From: Nostoc sp. DedSLP01
GTDB taxonomy: Bacteria > Cyanobacteriota > Cyanobacteriia > Cyanobacteriales > Nostocaceae
Assembly (NCBI GenBank): GCA_034530875.2
Contig: JAVRCJ020000032.1
Location: forward strand, 20,778-84,777
DNA: 64,000 bases
Reading direction: 5' to 3'
Below are positions 43,241 through 54,639 of this stretch, piece by piece. Position 1 is the stretch's first letter, and the number at the start of each line of letters is the position of its first letter. Under the pieces are notes generated by a model. That model had not been told where the DNA came from. It did not search any database and saw only the letters and a list, made by a program, of their open reading frames with translations. The position numbers and the translations under genes were made by a program.

Positions 43241-43684
43241 TTACACCCAACTTTCGCAAGAAAAGTCTCTTAGTTGTAGCATTCGTTCAAAGTCGGCATC
43301 AGATGAAACAAGAGTCAACGAATGACGTAAAACTGTAGCAGCTATCCAAAGGTCATTTTCACTAATGCCTATGGTATTTAGTTTGGTTGTTTTACGTTTA
43401 TTTTTTTCTTTTGGGCCGAATTGCTTAATAATTTCTGATTTAAAATCGCCGTATATTTCTGTTGTTTCTTTGTCGATACCATATAGGTTAATTCGCTTAA
43501 GGAATGCATTAATTTTTATTAGATTAGCGGCTTTTTGGTGTGAATTTTGTGCCATAAAGCGCAACTCTCCAGCAACAATAACACTGGTTGCTAATTGTAT
43601 TTGACCAAGCGATCGCAAGTGATTTACAACGCTAGGCACACCTTCCATCAAGAAGGAACAGTGGTTAGTATCCAATAGATACAT
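43241..43684 (-). CDS. vapC: PIN-domain type II toxin
   Basis: YLLDTN, GELRF, ENDLWIAAT, LVSSDADF. Confidence 0.92.
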   Translation of the reverse strand: MYLLDTNHCSFLMEGVPSVVNHLRSLGQIQLATSVIVAGELRFMAQNSHQKAANLIKINAFLKRINLYGIDKETTEIYGDFKSEIIKQFGPKEKNKRKTTKLNTIGISENDLWIAATVLRHSLTLVSSDADFERMLQLRDFSCESWV

Positions 43685-43686
43685 AA

Positions 43687-43959
43687 TTAAAATTCTAGAG
43701 GCATCCGGCTATCATGAACTAGTTGCAAGCATTCTCTGATATCTGAACCTTCCCAAGTGCCCACAAATTCTAATAAATCTTCAGCAGTAGAACCTGTTAA
43801 GGTACGGTCTGCTATCAGCGTTTGATCGGGTTGGCTATCTGAAGATATACTGTTTGTCTGATGTTTGACTTGCAAAAATTGCACAAAGTCTAAAATTTCC
43901 TGTAATAAAGGTTCAGGTAATTTTTCTAGTTCTTGATTAATTTGTTCTTTAATAGTCAT
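43687..43959 (-). CDS. Putative antitoxin (DUF2281-like)
   Basis: LEKLPEPLLQEILDFVQFL, LLEFVGTWEG; ends 2 nt before vapC. Confidence 0.8.
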   Translation of the reverse strand: MTIKEQINQELEKLPEPLLQEILDFVQFLQVKHQTNSISSDSQPDQTLIADRTLTGSTAEDLLEFVGTWEGSDIRECLQLVHDSRMPLEF

Positions 43960-44151
43960 TATTATTGCTGTGTTTACATAGTTGAAAAACTGGGTATTGA
44001 TTTATATATTATCTAATATCGATCGCGGTTTTTGTGTTTGCGAGGCGTGCGCTTGAGCCGCAGTGCCAGGTATCGAAAAGCTAAAATCCGCAAGGCTTCG
44101 TGGAATATACGTTGTTTAGAAACTTTTGCAAATTGACAAAACCTTTATAGA

Positions 44152-44523
44152 TTATAATTTACAAGTCTGGACGCGAGAGAAGAAGGTAGTAATTACCTTA
44201 ATACCTGTTGGAGTTACCGGGAGATGCTGTAGGGAATCTCGGTAGATTCCCTGCCACGGCATCGGTAGATGCCCTGCCACGGCATTAAGGGAATAGTTGT
44301 ATTTATCTTTGGATAGCCAACCGCTTTTTTTGCGCCAGTGTAAGCGATCGCTTTCTTCGTGACTCAGTTGGTTAAGCAAATTAGCATCCAATGTCTTGAT
44401 CGTAACATTCTTGCCATCTTGCAGATTTTCTGCGAGATAACTAATAACAAAGTCGTCCTGTCCTAAGAGTTTTTTAATTTCATAGCTGTTACTGTGTAAC
44501 TTCTTCCCAGATACCCAGATCAT
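44152..44523 (-). pseudogene. Internally deleted Ser/Thr kinase-GUN4 gene remnant
   Basis: The N-terminus is a decayed kinase N-lobe (YEIKKLLGQDDFVISYLA, VTIKTL). The C-terminus is the end of a GUN4 domain (DRLHWR...W...YSLNAVAGHLP...FFSRVQTCKL). The junction falls at GCGATCGC 44344-44351. Confidence 0.75.
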
Positions 44524-44615
44524 TGATTAATTATCTCAAAGACTTATATTCATTTTTGCATAAAGTGATTTTTGCTTGGATGAAGAAATAAGGTGCAATG
44601 AATCGCTTCTTTCTT

Positions 44616-44730
44616 ATACCAATTCTGTATGAAGATGCACATAATCAAGACCCCCCTGTAGTCCCCCCTTGCTAAGGGGGGACGGCGTAGCCGGGGGGTA
44701 AATGTATGCAGCTTCACAAACAAACGGTAT
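44616..44730. mobile_element. MITE-like element with internal C6/G6 hairpin
   Basis: Imperfect TIRs ATACCAATTCTGTATGAAGATGCA / TGCAGCTTCACAAACAAACGGTAT; internal CCCCCCTT-gct-AAGGGGGG. Confidence 0.6.
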
Positions 44731-46694
44731 TAGTTATGTTTAATTAAACTGGAAATTGCCACGAGCAATTCCTCTGGTGCCACAGGTTTAACGAGGTGTT
44801 GTTGAAACCCTGCATTGAATGCTTCTTGCCGATCGCTTTCTCCTGCATAAGCCGTCAAAGCGATCGCTGGCATCTTTTCTCGTGCTGTTTGTGCCTCAAA
44901 ATCACGTATTTGTTTTATCAGCATATAGCCGTTTATTTCCGGCATTCCAATATCGCTGAGTAAAATATCTGGTTTTAATTCTCTGAAAACTTGTAAGGCT
45001 TCACCTGCTGATGCAACTGCAATTACTGTTGCTCCCAATTCTTCTAGTACAAAGCTGAAAAATTCGCGGCTGTCGTCATTGTCATCTACAACCAAGACTT
45101 GTATCCCCATGAGGGGAGAAAAGCCAGAAACGGCAGTTGCAGAATTAGCATTTATTTCAGATTTGGTTGTTCCACTATCCTTAATTAGTGGTAATCTTAC
45201 TGTAAAAGTAGCTCCCTGCTCCTCACCGGAACTTTGCACCCAAATTGTGCCGCCATGCATCTCGATTAAATGGCGGGCGATCGCTAAGCCTAATCCCAAA
45301 CCACCAAATTTTCTGGTTGTTGTATTGTCGCTTTGGCGAAAATAGTCAAACACATGAGGTAGGAAGTCTGCACTAATGCCTTTACCTGTATCGCTGACGG
45401 TAATTTGTGCGTAAGCGTTGATGCTCTCCAATCGCACATTTACTCGTCCCCCCGTACCTGTGAATTTGACGGCATTTGATAATAAATTCCAGACGACTTG
45501 CTGCAAGCGAGCTGGATCGCCCAAAATGCCGACTGTCGGATCGAGCATCGTTTCGATGTGAATGGATTTTGCCTCTGCGGCTAAACGCACTGTTTCCATT
45601 GCTGCTGCAATGGTGGATGCCAAATTCACTGCTACCATTTTGAGGTTGAGTTTACCTTGGAGGATGCGGGAAACATCAAGCAAGTCTTCAATCAGTTGAG
45701 CTTGTAATTTGGCATTGCGCTCAATGGTTTCTAGAGCTTTTTTCAAAGCTGTTTCATTAAATTTCCGAGTCTGCAAGAGTTTTGCCCAACCGAGAATCGG
45801 ATTTAAAGGCGATCGCAATTCGTGGGAAAGTACCGCTAAAAACTCATCTTTAATGCGGTTGGCGGCTTCTGCTTCCGCACGCGCTGATTTTTCTAATTGC
45901 AAAAGGCGATCGCGTTCTTCTTCGGTGCGTTTGCGATCGGTGATGTCGGTTAACATGGCGATCGCGCCTAAAAATTCATTTTGTTTGTTAAAAATAGCTC
46001 TAGCAGAAGTCAGCGTCCAAATATACGAACCATCTTTGCAACGCCAGCGGCTTTCTTTCAAATCGCTTTCTTTTTTCTTGAACCATGCCAATTTTTCTGC
46101 GGCGCTAATATCATCAAGGTCAATAAAATCAAATATCGAGCGTCCCAGCATTTCTTCTGCTGTATAGCCTAAAATTTGTGACATCCGCTGATTCACAAAT
46201 TCTGTTCGGGCTTGGGAGTCGATGGTACAAATTCCCTCATAAGAAGTATCAACAATTCGGCGATACTTGGCTTCACTTTTTTGGAGAGATTCTTCTATTT
46301 CCTGGCGATCGCGGCGTTCTTTAGCTTCTCGCAATGCGCGTTGCACCGAAGGAACTAACCGCCCCAGCCGTTGCTTCAAAACATAATCAGTTGCACCATT
46401 TTTCAAAGCTTCAATTGCTAATTCTTCACCCAATACCCCAGAAACAAAAATAAAAGGAATTTCTGGACGCCGATCGCGAGCAATTTCCAAGGCAGAAATT
46501 CCATCAAAAGAAGGTAAGGCATAATCGGCAAGAATTAAATCGAAAGCCTCTGTGGAAATAGCAGCCAAAAACTCAGCCCCGGTTTCCACTCTCACAACTT
46601 GGCAATCAATTCCTCCTTCGGCTAACACCATTTGGGTAAGTTCTGCATCCAACAGACTATCTTCTAAAAGGAGGAAACGAAGAACACTCATCAC
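44730..46694 (-). CDS. Hybrid histidine kinase (REC-PAS-HisKA-HATPase-REC)
   Basis: LILADYALP, PAS/PAC, FLAVLSHELRSPLN, NLLSNAVKFT, GGLGLGL, LLSDIGMP. Confidence 0.95.
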   Translation of the reverse strand: MMSVLRFLLLEDSLLDAELTQMVLAEGGIDCQVVRVETGAEFLAAISTEAFDLILADYALPSFDGISALEIARDRRPEIPFIFVSGVLGEELAIEALKNGATDYVLKQRLGRLVPSVQRALREAKERRDRQEIEESLQKSEAKYRRIVDTSYEGICTIDSQARTEFVNQRMSQILGYTAEEMLGRSIFDFIDLDDISAAEKLAWFKKKESDLKESRWRCKDGSYIWTLTSARAIFNKQNEFLGAIAMLTDITDRKRTEEERDRLLQLEKSARAEAEAANRIKDEFLAVLSHELRSPLNPILGWAKLLQTRKFNETALKKALETIERNAKLQAQLIEDLLDVSRILQGKLNLKMVAVNLASTIAAAMETVRLAAEAKSIHIETMLDPTVGILGDPARLQQVVWNLLSNAVKFTGTGGRVNVRLESINAYAQITVSDTGKGISADFLPHVFDYFRQSDNTTTRKFGGLGLGLAIARHLIEMHGGTIWVQSSGEEQGATFTVRLPLIKDSGTTKSEINANSATAVSGFSPLMGIQVLVVDDNDDSREFFSFVLEELGATVIAVASAGEALQVFRELKPDILLSDIGMPEINGYMLIKQIRDFEAQTAREKMPAIALTAYAGESDRQEAFNAGFQQHLVKPVAPEELLVAISSLIKHN

Positions 46695-47167
46695 TTGCTC
46701 TCCTGTTGACGATGAGGTGCAGGAGGCAAAGCCCCAGGTGGTGGTTGATTAATCACTGCCCAAAACAGGCCGACACCCTTAATGGCATCGGCAAACTCAT
46801 GGTAATCTACGGGCTTGACGACATAAGCATTAACGCCTAATTTGTAGCAGCGAACTAAATCTGGCTCCTCACGGGAAGAAGTTAGTACTACCACCGGAAT
46901 TACTTGCATTGCTGGATCTGATTTGAGTTGTGCCAGTACTTCTAATCCATCGATTTTAGGTAACTTCAAATCCAGCAGTACCACAACAGGATGTCCTTCC
47001 ATTCGCAACCGAAAAAGTCCCCGGCGATAGAGATAATCTAGGGCTTCCTCTCCATCACGTACCACCACTACTTCGTTTGCCAGATGGTTTTCTGACAAGG
47101 CAGCCAATATTAATTCTGCATCATTAGCACTATCTTCAATCAGCAGAATTCGCTTGAGTTCTCTCAT
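46691..47167 (-). CDS. Single-domain response regulator (Rcp-like)
   Basis: LLIEDSAND, LLDLKLPKIDG, LTSSREE, NAYVVKP, FWAVIN. Confidence 0.95.
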   Translation of the reverse strand: MRELKRILLIEDSANDAELILAALSENHLANEVVVVRDGEEALDYLYRRGLFRLRMEGHPVVVLLDLKLPKIDGLEVLAQLKSDPAMQVIPVVVLTSSREEPDLVRCYKLGVNAYVVKPVDYHEFADAIKGVGLFWAVINQPPPGALPPAPHRQQESK

Positions 47168-48789
47168 TCACTCTCCTTGTTCGACAACTTTGGCAGTGAG
47201 AAATAAAAGGTGGCTCCACTGTCAATTTCGCTCTCTGCCCAGACTTGACCGTTATGCCGATGAATAATCCGCTGCACGTTTGCTAATCCAACACCTGTGC
47301 CTTCAAATTCTGGTTCGCTATGCAGGCGTTGAAATACTCCGAATAGTTTGTGGGCATATTGCATGTTAAACCCAACGCCGTTATCTTGCACAAAAAAGAT
47401 GACTTCGTTTTCATTATCGCTACTGCCAATGGTAATTTCTGCTATGGGGCGATTTTGGGTATATTTAATGGCATTAGACATCAAGTTGCGAAGCACCAGC
47501 CGCAGCATAGAAGGGTCGCCTTGCACTTGTGGTAACGATCGGATGTGCCAATTAATTACTCGTCCTTGGGTTTCTGCAACTAAATCTCGTTTTACCTCTT
47601 GCACTAGTTCCTCAATATCGAGGACAATCTGACACATCTCAGCTCGCCCCATACGGGAAAATGACAGCAACTCATCAATTAATGCTCCTGCCTGTTTTGC
47701 GCTTTGGGCGATTATTTTTAAGTAGCGCTGACTGGTTTCATCTAATTGTGTGGAACTCAGGTGCTTGGTAAGCAATTCTACAAATCCGGCGATGTGGCGA
47801 AATGGCGCTCGCAAATCGTGAGAAACTGAATAAGAAAAAGATTCTAGTTCTTTGTTGGCGGCTTCTAACTGGGCTGTACGCTCTTGAATTCGTTGCTCTA
47901 AAGTTTCGTTTAATTGTTGCAAGGCAGTTTCGGCTTGTTTGCGTAAGCGCAGCTCGTGGAAGACATCGCTAATGTCGCTAATTAACACCGCAAACCCTTC
48001 AACATCTCCTTGTGAGTCTAATTGAGGAACGTAAATAGCATTGACATAGCGCCTTCCACCATCTTTATAAGGGATTTCAGTTTCAAAAGTCACTTCCACT
48101 CCCGAAAGTACTTGTTCCACATAAGGACGAATTACTTGATATGCAGATTCACCCAAAACTTCCCAAAGATGCTTGCCACAGACTTCTGTCGCCGATTGCC
48201 CAAACCACTCCTCATAAGCTCGGTTGTTGAAGCGGTAACGCTGTTGTGCATCCACAAAGGCAATCAAAACTGGCAGCGTATCGGTAATTGAGCGAAATTC
48301 TGTTTCTCGTCGCCGCAGTATTTCTTCATTGGATTCGACAAAGCGATCGAACTGTGCCTCGCTTTCACGGAGAAATTTCAAGCTCTCCTCAGCTTTGCGT
48401 TGGGCTTTGCGGCGCGATTCGTTAAGCGAGCTAATTAACACTGCTGCCAGTACGAACACAGCTAAGGGAACTAAAATGTTCGGGTTTGTAGTATTTGCTG
48501 AATAAAGCGGCCTCAAGAACAAATAATTGAGTGCCAAAGTAGACAAAGCAGTTGCGAATAATCCCGGAGCTAAACCACCATACCAGGCACTCACCATAAC
48601 CGCAGCAAAAAGTAGTGCCGCAGGTGTGGCACTGATATATGGCTTCAGCACCATAGTTATACCCAGTGCTAAGGCAACAGATAGCAGAGCAACAGCATAG
48701 TGTAGCAACTGCTCTCGAATGAGCGCACTTTTTCCTGTTTTGGCAACAAAGATGTTTTTGGGTTGAAAAACCCTCATCTTATGAATCAT
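47164..48789 (-). CDS. Sensor histidine kinase (DUF4118-type TM bundle, PAS, HisKA-HATPase)
   Basis: AVMVSAWYGGLAPGL, PAS (VDAQQRYRFNN), FSYSVSHDLRAP, FQRLH, GTGVGLA. Confidence 0.95.
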   Translation of the reverse strand: MIHKMRVFQPKNIFVAKTGKSALIREQLLHYAVALLSVALALGITMVLKPYISATPAALLFAAVMVSAWYGGLAPGLFATALSTLALNYLFLRPLYSANTTNPNILVPLAVFVLAAVLISSLNESRRKAQRKAEESLKFLRESEAQFDRFVESNEEILRRRETEFRSITDTLPVLIAFVDAQQRYRFNNRAYEEWFGQSATEVCGKHLWEVLGESAYQVIRPYVEQVLSGVEVTFETEIPYKDGGRRYVNAIYVPQLDSQGDVEGFAVLISDISDVFHELRLRKQAETALQQLNETLEQRIQERTAQLEAANKELESFSYSVSHDLRAPFRHIAGFVELLTKHLSSTQLDETSQRYLKIIAQSAKQAGALIDELLSFSRMGRAEMCQIVLDIEELVQEVKRDLVAETQGRVINWHIRSLPQVQGDPSMLRLVLRNLMSNAIKYTQNRPIAEITIGSSDNENEVIFFVQDNGVGFNMQYAHKLFGVFQRLHSEPEFEGTGVGLANVQRIIHRHNGQVWAESEIDSGATFYFSLPKLSNKESE

Positions 48790-49033
48790 AACCGGATTCT
48801 GCTTCTGGAAAATACTGGTTGAGCAGCCTTTTGCCGGGTTCGCCCATCTGGCGGATCGTTTCTTCTATGAGCTTTCGCGCTAACCGTGAAGGGACTGTAT
48901 GGCCATTCTCCCAACGATTGACTGTTTTGAATGAGACTCCTAATCTAACAGCAAACTGTTTCTGAGAAAGATTGAGTTGCTGCCGCAGTTCTTTAATTAA
49001 ATCTAAAATTTCCAGTTGTTTTGTTGCCGACAT
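48779..49033 (-). CDS. XRE-family helix-turn-helix regulator
   Basis: IKELRQQLNLSQKQFAVRLGVSFKTVNRWENG; overlaps the kinase start by 11 nt. Confidence 0.92.
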   Translation of the reverse strand: MSATKQLEILDLIKELRQQLNLSQKQFAVRLGVSFKTVNRWENGHTVPSRLARKLIEETIRQMGEPGKRLLNQYFPEAESGYDS

Positions 49034-49674
49034 CTCCTTTTCCTATTCCTACAGTATGACTAAAATAGGACACTTGTCTTATTATTTGTCTCTTACTTAA
49101 GGAATATTTTCTCTATTAACGAACTCTCACAAATCAATTATTCAAGGTTGTAGAATCACCAAAAACGGGTTGTGGAGAAAATCTAAATCGTGCTGTCAAT
49201 ACTGGGTGCAGGTTTAATTTAAATAATGGAGAGATGTCGTTGTTTATACGAATGCGTGTTAGCTAGTTGGTTGACTTGAAGAATCAGGATAATATCAGGT
49301 TTATTAGACCGCTTACATAGTTAGCTCTTGAATCAAATCTTGGCGTTGAAATAAAATTTCTTCTAAATTATTGAATTCCTCAAATATTTGATTAATAATT
49401 TTTCGGTAATTTTAGGTTTACTAAAATGGTACAAAAAAACCAAAGTATATAACGGAAAGTAAAGTTGCCCAAAAAGCTCTTTCTTACTGCCTCCTATTCT
49501 CTGTTTCCTGCATTTTGATAACGACAATTTTCAACACCAACCTACTTCAATATCTCCTAGTCAATTGAGTCTTCCAAAACCAGGCGCTAAACCAACTCCA
49601 AATTAAAGAAAAGAAGTTGATGAATCATTTAGAATTACTTATAGTTCAATTACCGCTTTTGTAATTTCTATAAT

Positions 49675-52600
49675 ATGCAGGATAAGCTGTCTCCTAATAA
49701 TCAACGAATTATTCATTTAACCGAAGTCTCTGCCACAGATTTTCCTGCTAAGAATATCTATAAGTATAAATGCCGGGTACATCTCGCGTCCCACAATGGT
49801 GAGATTTTATTACAAAAGGATCTGTTTGCGCGGATGCAGCCCAACTGGTTGGTGGAGTTGAAGAATAAAGGCGACTGCACGATTTCTATTACACTGTGCT
49901 ACCGGGAAGGAAATATTACTAATCCTTGGCAAGATGCTGGAACTGTTACGTTTGCAACACAGGAATATTTGCAGGGAGATGCTAACGCAGATCTAGAGTT
50001 TCCCATCGCAACCTGGAGTCAGGCACCAGAGTTAAAACTAAAAGTACGACTAACCCAAAGCAGCAGTCAAGGTAGCAGCAGTACTGTAACCATATTTGGC
50101 AGACAAAATAGCCTGCGATCGCTGCGTCCTCAAGATAATAATGGTAAAGGTGAGGTAGAATTGCCGCAACCGACTCCTCTAACGCCACAAGAGGAAGTGC
50201 TGGTAAAAGAAGCATGGAACAAACTGCGATCGTGGAAAGAACTGCAAATGGAAAAGTTCTTCAAGCGTCTGTTACTGGAAGAACCAGACTTGGAGTATCT
50301 GTTTGGCGAAGCGATCGACAGTATGGCAGACTTTTTCTATGAATTGTTTGACTGCTCTATTCACCAACTCCAACCCGAAACTCAAAACATTATTGCCGAA
50401 CCGCTAACAGGGGTACCACCAGAGCGAGAGCATAGTTTTAAGAGCGTTGAAGATTATGGCAAGTTTTTTGCGGATATCGGAATGCGCCTCCATCACTGGG
50501 TAAAAGCACGGCAGGTATGGATGTGGATGCTACCGTCGATTCCGACTTTGGAAGAATACGATCGCGAGGAATTGGCCAAAGGCGCAAACTCTGCACTCTA
50601 CAAGTTCTTCAATACTTATATAATTCTGCCGATGGTAGATGCGATTCGTCATTACGAAGCAGCCCTACCACCAGAACTGTTCCTCAAAATGGCAGATTCC
50701 TGGCAAGTCCTGAGCCAAAACAAACAGCAAATGGGAATTGAATTTTATCAAATGCTGTTTGAAAAATATCCGTTTGTACTGCCCATTTTTGGCCGTGCAG
50801 ACATGGATTATCTTTCCCTGCACTTATTCCAGGCACTAGAATTTTTGGTCAACTGCCTCAAAATTGGCAGCAGCGATGAGATGTTGCGCGAACTGCGCTT
50901 CTTGGGACAGGTACATGGTAGTGCAGATGTGCCTACCTGTGCTTATCCGGCAATTACAGAGTGTATGATTGCCTTAATGGAACGGCATGTCCCAGATTTG
51001 ACGCCCGAAGTACGTCAGGGTTGGGTGACCTTGCTGGAACGAGTCATCAACATCGTGAAGTTGCCCAAGCTGAATGAGGAACGATTGCTCAAAAAAGCCA
51101 AACAATTTTTAGAGTTAATTGCCTCCGAACAAGCTTGGGAACTGGAAGATAAGGAAAGGCGATGGAAGGAAATTAAGGAAGAAGTCAAAGCAACAGGCAC
51201 TTATACCCATACTTACGAAGAATTAGCTTATGGGGCGCAGGTAGCTTGGCGCAATGCTTCCAAATGCGTGGGGCGGATTGCTTGGAACAATATGATAGTA
51301 CGCGATCGCCGTCATGTTACCGACCCAGATGAGATGTTCCGCGAACTTGAAGAACACATCCGTTTTGCTACGAATGGCGGCAATCTGCAAATTACCATGA
51401 CCGTCTTCCGTCCCAAGCAACCCAAGGAACCTTGGGGACACCGGATTTGGAATTCCCAGCTGTATCGCTATGCAGCATATCAACAAGCTGATGGCAGCAT
51501 CTTAGGCGACCCAGCCAACTTGGAATTGACCAACGCCATTATCAAATTTGGCTGGCAACCACCAGAACCACGCACAGCTTACGATATTCTGCCACTGGTG
51601 ATTGAGGCTGCCGGTCAAGCACCGAAGATGTATCACTGGAACAGAGACGAAGTGCTGGAAGTAGAAATCGAGCATCCGACGATTCCAGAGTTGAAGTCAC
51701 TTGGTATGCGCTGGTATGCGATTCCGGCAATTAGCAACTTCTCTGTCCACATTGGCGGCATCAACTATGGTTGCATTCCCTTCAATGGCTGGTATATGGG
51801 TACAGAAATCATGCGGGATTTCTTGGATGAGTCCCGCTATAACAAGATGGAGGAAATTGCCAAAGTCCTCAAATTAGATACGAGTTCCGAACAAACCCTA
51901 TGGCGCGATCGCGTCGCCTTGGAACTCAACATTGCTATCCTCTACTCCTTCCAAAAAGCGAAGGTAACGATGGTAGACCACCAAACAGCTTCTCGGCAGT
52001 TCTTAATTCACGACTTGCGCGAAAAGAAAGCCGGACGCGAATGCCCAGGCGATTGGGCTTGGGTTGTCCCCGCCGTTGGTGGTAGTACCTGTCCGGTATG
52101 GCATCATCCAATGCGCGACTTTTATTTAGAACCTGCCTATCATCATGCAGCCGATCGCTGGGCAGTGGAAGACGATATCAATTTAGAGAAATTCATCGCT
52201 GTTGCCGATGAAGATGGCGATAAGCAAGACCGCATTCTCATTCTTTTTGCGTCAGAGACAGGCACCGCCGAAGGTTTTGCTCGTAAAGCCGCGCGACAAT
52301 TGCAGCGATTCCGCCCCAAGGTCATGGCACTCGACGAATATAATATTGATACCTTGGCCTCAGAAAAGCTGCTATTAATTGTCACATCTACCTTTGGCAA
52401 CGGTGAAGTCCCAAGTAACGGCAAGCAATTTCTGCAACGTCTCAAGCAACAGCCTGCGGGTTCCCTCAATGGCTTGAACTATTCTGTATTAGGCATTGGC
52501 AGCACCGTATACGAACACTTCTGCGCGGCTGGGATGGCGATCGATAAAGCACTTACCAAGGCGGGTGCAAATTGTGTCGTGCCACTACACAAAGGCGATG

Positions 52601-54120
52601 AAATTAAAGGACAAGCCGATACCTTCAAACAGTGGTTGGGACTGATTTCTCGTGTATTAGGTGCAGATGAAACATCTGACGATACCACAAACGCCGCTAC
52701 AGTCAAACTGACAGCGAGATTTTTGAGTGCAGCAGAAGCCGCAAGCGTTACCCCCGTAGCCTTCAGCGGCGATAAAGATATCGAAGTGCCGTTAATTGCC
52801 AACGACGAACTGCTTAAAGAAGTAATTCCTGGCAGCCGTTCTACCCGTTATCTTGTCTTCGATATTTCTGGAACAGATTTACATTACGAAACAGGCGACC
52901 ACCTAGCGGTACATCCTTGCAATCCTCCAGAATTAGTGAATCGTTTGTGCCAGCGCATGGGCGTTAGTCCTAATGTCTACTTCACTGCTGAATACACTAC
53001 ACCGGATGGGAAGGTAACAGAAGACCAGCCACCCGTTACAGTGCCTACAACTGTTGGTCAGCTATTGTCTGAAGAACTCGATTTGTCCTTGCGAGAACCC
53101 TTCAACGATTTACTCGCTTACTTATACGCATCCGCACAAAATCCCCAAGACAAACAACGTTTGGAAACTTGGTTAGAAATTCTCCGCCAAGGAGAAGATC
53201 ATCCCGATAGTATCACGCTCAAGAAAACGATTACGGACAATTTCATGAGTGTTGCCGATCTATTCGATGAATTCCCCTCCGCCCCTATTACCCTAGAAGC
53301 CTTGTTGGAATTGCTACCGAAGCAAAAACCACGACTTTACTCTATTTCCTCATGTCCGCTTCTGCATCCCCAACAAATTCAAATTACAGTTGGCGTGCTG
53401 CAAATTAAAACTGATGCAGGTAAAGTGCGCCAAGGGCTATGCTCCAATTACCTAGCGGGACTGCCAGTAGGCTCAAAAGTTCGCATTGGCGTTCGTACTT
53501 CTGGCTTCCGTCCCCCAGCCGATCCGCTTTCTCCAATGCTGATGGTAGGGCCAGGTACGGGAGTGTCACCGCTAATTGCCTTCCTTGAGTACCGCGAAGC
53601 CTTACAGAATCAAGGAACGCAGCTAGGAGATGCTTGCTTATACTTCGGCTGTCGCGATCGTGATGACTTCCTCTATGGCGAACAACTTGTCAATTGGCAA
53701 AACCGAGGCGTGTTGACTAATTTAAAAGTAGCTTTTTCGCGCTTAACAGATAAAAAAGTCTACGTACAAGGCTTGATGCAAGAAAATGCCCAAGAACTTT
53801 GGCATTTATTGAAGCATCCGCAATGTCATTACTATGTCTGCGGTGATGCCAAAATGGCAGATGATGTGTTTGAAGTGTTTATGGCGATCGCCAAATCTGT
53901 TGGCGAACTTTCACATATTGAAACGGTAGAATTCTTTGAGCGTATGAAGAAAGAGAAACGTTTCCATACAGATGTTTGGGGCGTACAATTGCACTTTAAG
54001 CAAGCGATCGAGCAGGTGCAAAAAGATAACTACTCAAAAGCTGAAAAATGGCTCAATAGAGTCAAGGAATCACCCAATGAGCGATCGGCAATTGAACAAG
54101 GACAACCCGTGACTGTCTAA
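49675..54120 (+). CDS. nos: Full-length nitric oxide synthase (syNOS-type: C2-like, pseudoglobin, globin, oxygenase, flavodoxin, FAD/NADPH reductase)
   Basis: Heme-thiolate motif [38 protein letters not shown]; globin [12 protein letters not shown]...GQVH; FMN motifs ASETGTAE and [42 protein letters not shown]. Confidence 0.96.
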   Translation: MQDKLSPNNQRIIHLTEVSATDFPAKNIYKYKCRVHLASHNGEILLQKDLFARMQPNWLVELKNKGDCTISITLCYREGNITNPWQDAGTVTFATQEYLQGDANADLEFPIATWSQAPELKLKVRLTQSSSQGSSSTVTIFGRQNSLRSLRPQDNNGKGEVELPQPTPLTPQEEVLVKEAWNKLRSWKELQMEKFFKRLLLEEPDLEYLFGEAIDSMADFFYELFDCSIHQLQPETQNIIAEPLTGVPPEREHSFKSVEDYGKFFADIGMRLHHWVKARQVWMWMLPSIPTLEEYDREELAKGANSALYKFFNTYIILPMVDAIRHYEAALPPELFLKMADSWQVLSQNKQQMGIEFYQMLFEKYPFVLPIFGRADMDYLSLHLFQALEFLVNCLKIGSSDEMLRELRFLGQVHGSADVPTCAYPAITECMIALMERHVPDLTPEVRQGWVTLLERVINIVKLPKLNEERLLKKAKQFLELIASEQAWELEDKERRWKEIKEEVKATGTYTHTYEELAYGAQVAWRNASKCVGRIAWNNMIVRDRRHVTDPDEMFRELEEHIRFATNGGNLQITMTVFRPKQPKEPWGHRIWNSQLYRYAAYQQADGSILGDPANLELTNAIIKFGWQPPEPRTAYDILPLVIEAAGQAPKMYHWNRDEVLEVEIEHPTIPELKSLGMRWYAIPAISNFSVHIGGINYGCIPFNGWYMGTEIMRDFLDESRYNKMEEIAKVLKLDTSSEQTLWRDRVALELNIAILYSFQKAKVTMVDHQTASRQFLIHDLREKKAGRECPGDWAWVVPAVGGSTCPVWHHPMRDFYLEPAYHHAADRWAVEDDINLEKFIAVADEDGDKQDRILILFASETGTAEGFARKAARQLQRFRPKVMALDEYNIDTLASEKLLLIVTSTFGNGEVPSNGKQFLQRLKQQPAGSLNGLNYSVLGIGSTVYEHFCAAGMAIDKALTKAGANCVVPLHKGDEIKGQADTFKQWLGLISRVLGADETSDDTTNAATVKLTARFLSAAEAASVTPVAFSGDKDIEVPLIANDELLKEVIPGSRSTRYLVFDISGTDLHYETGDHLAVHPCNPPELVNRLCQRMGVSPNVYFTAEYTTPDGKVTEDQPPVTVPTTVGQLLSEELDLSLREPFNDLLAYLYASAQNPQDKQRLETWLEILRQGEDHPDSITLKKTITDNFMSVADLFDEFPSAPITLEALLELLPKQKPRLYSISSCPLLHPQQIQITVGVLQIKTDAGKVRQGLCSNYLAGLPVGSKVRIGVRTSGFRPPADPLSPMLMVGPGTGVSPLIAFLEYREALQNQGTQLGDACLYFGCRDRDDFLYGEQLVNWQNRGVLTNLKVAFSRLTDKKVYVQGLMQENAQELWHLLKHPQCHYYVCGDAKMADDVFEVFMAIAKSVGELSHIETVEFFERMKKEKRFHTDVWGVQLHFKQAIEQVQKDNYSKAEKWLNRVKESPNERSAIEQGQPVTV

Positions 54121-54266
54121 ACTTCTGAAGCTGCTCAACCTAAAAAGCCAAGCCAAAACTCGTTTATCTAGAGAATCTCCCGAATTCAATTCGAGAGATT
54201 CTCAATTACGAATTAGTTATCTTGTTTTAGCCATCAATAATTAATTCGTGGTGCATCTTTATCTGA

Positions 54267-54377
54267 TATAGCAATCCTAAATGAATTGCAAAATTACTCA
54301 TGTAAAGGGAACAGAGAACAGGAAAGAAGAACGTACAAATGTATTCTAGCTTTCATAAATGAAATAGGATTGCTATA
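54267..54377. mobile_element. MITE-like element
   Basis: Perfect 13-bp TIR TATAGCAATCCTA...TAGGATTGCTATA. Confidence 0.7.
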
Positions 54378-54639
54378 GTGTTTTAGATCCGTTGTTAACA
54401 AAGTCGATCCAAGGCTAAGCCAAAGTAGTTGGACTTGATGGACATTTAAGAATTAAATTACTCAATTCTTACATCCAACACCCTATCTAATTTCTTTTCC
54501 CCTCACCTCTCCTGCTTACCATCTGTATAAATCCCGTAGATTGCCCTTTTCCCCACTTCTGCAAAAAACTTATTGCTGTACTTTGATAAGTAATAATAAT
54601 CATTGGTAATAATTATTAATAATTGTCAACAAATTTTTG

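Noticed and set aside
44040..44076. Another HIP1-splitting insertion (GCG...ATCGA)
   Set aside because: The restored site is imperfect and intergenic, so there is no reading frame or second copy to validate the boundaries.
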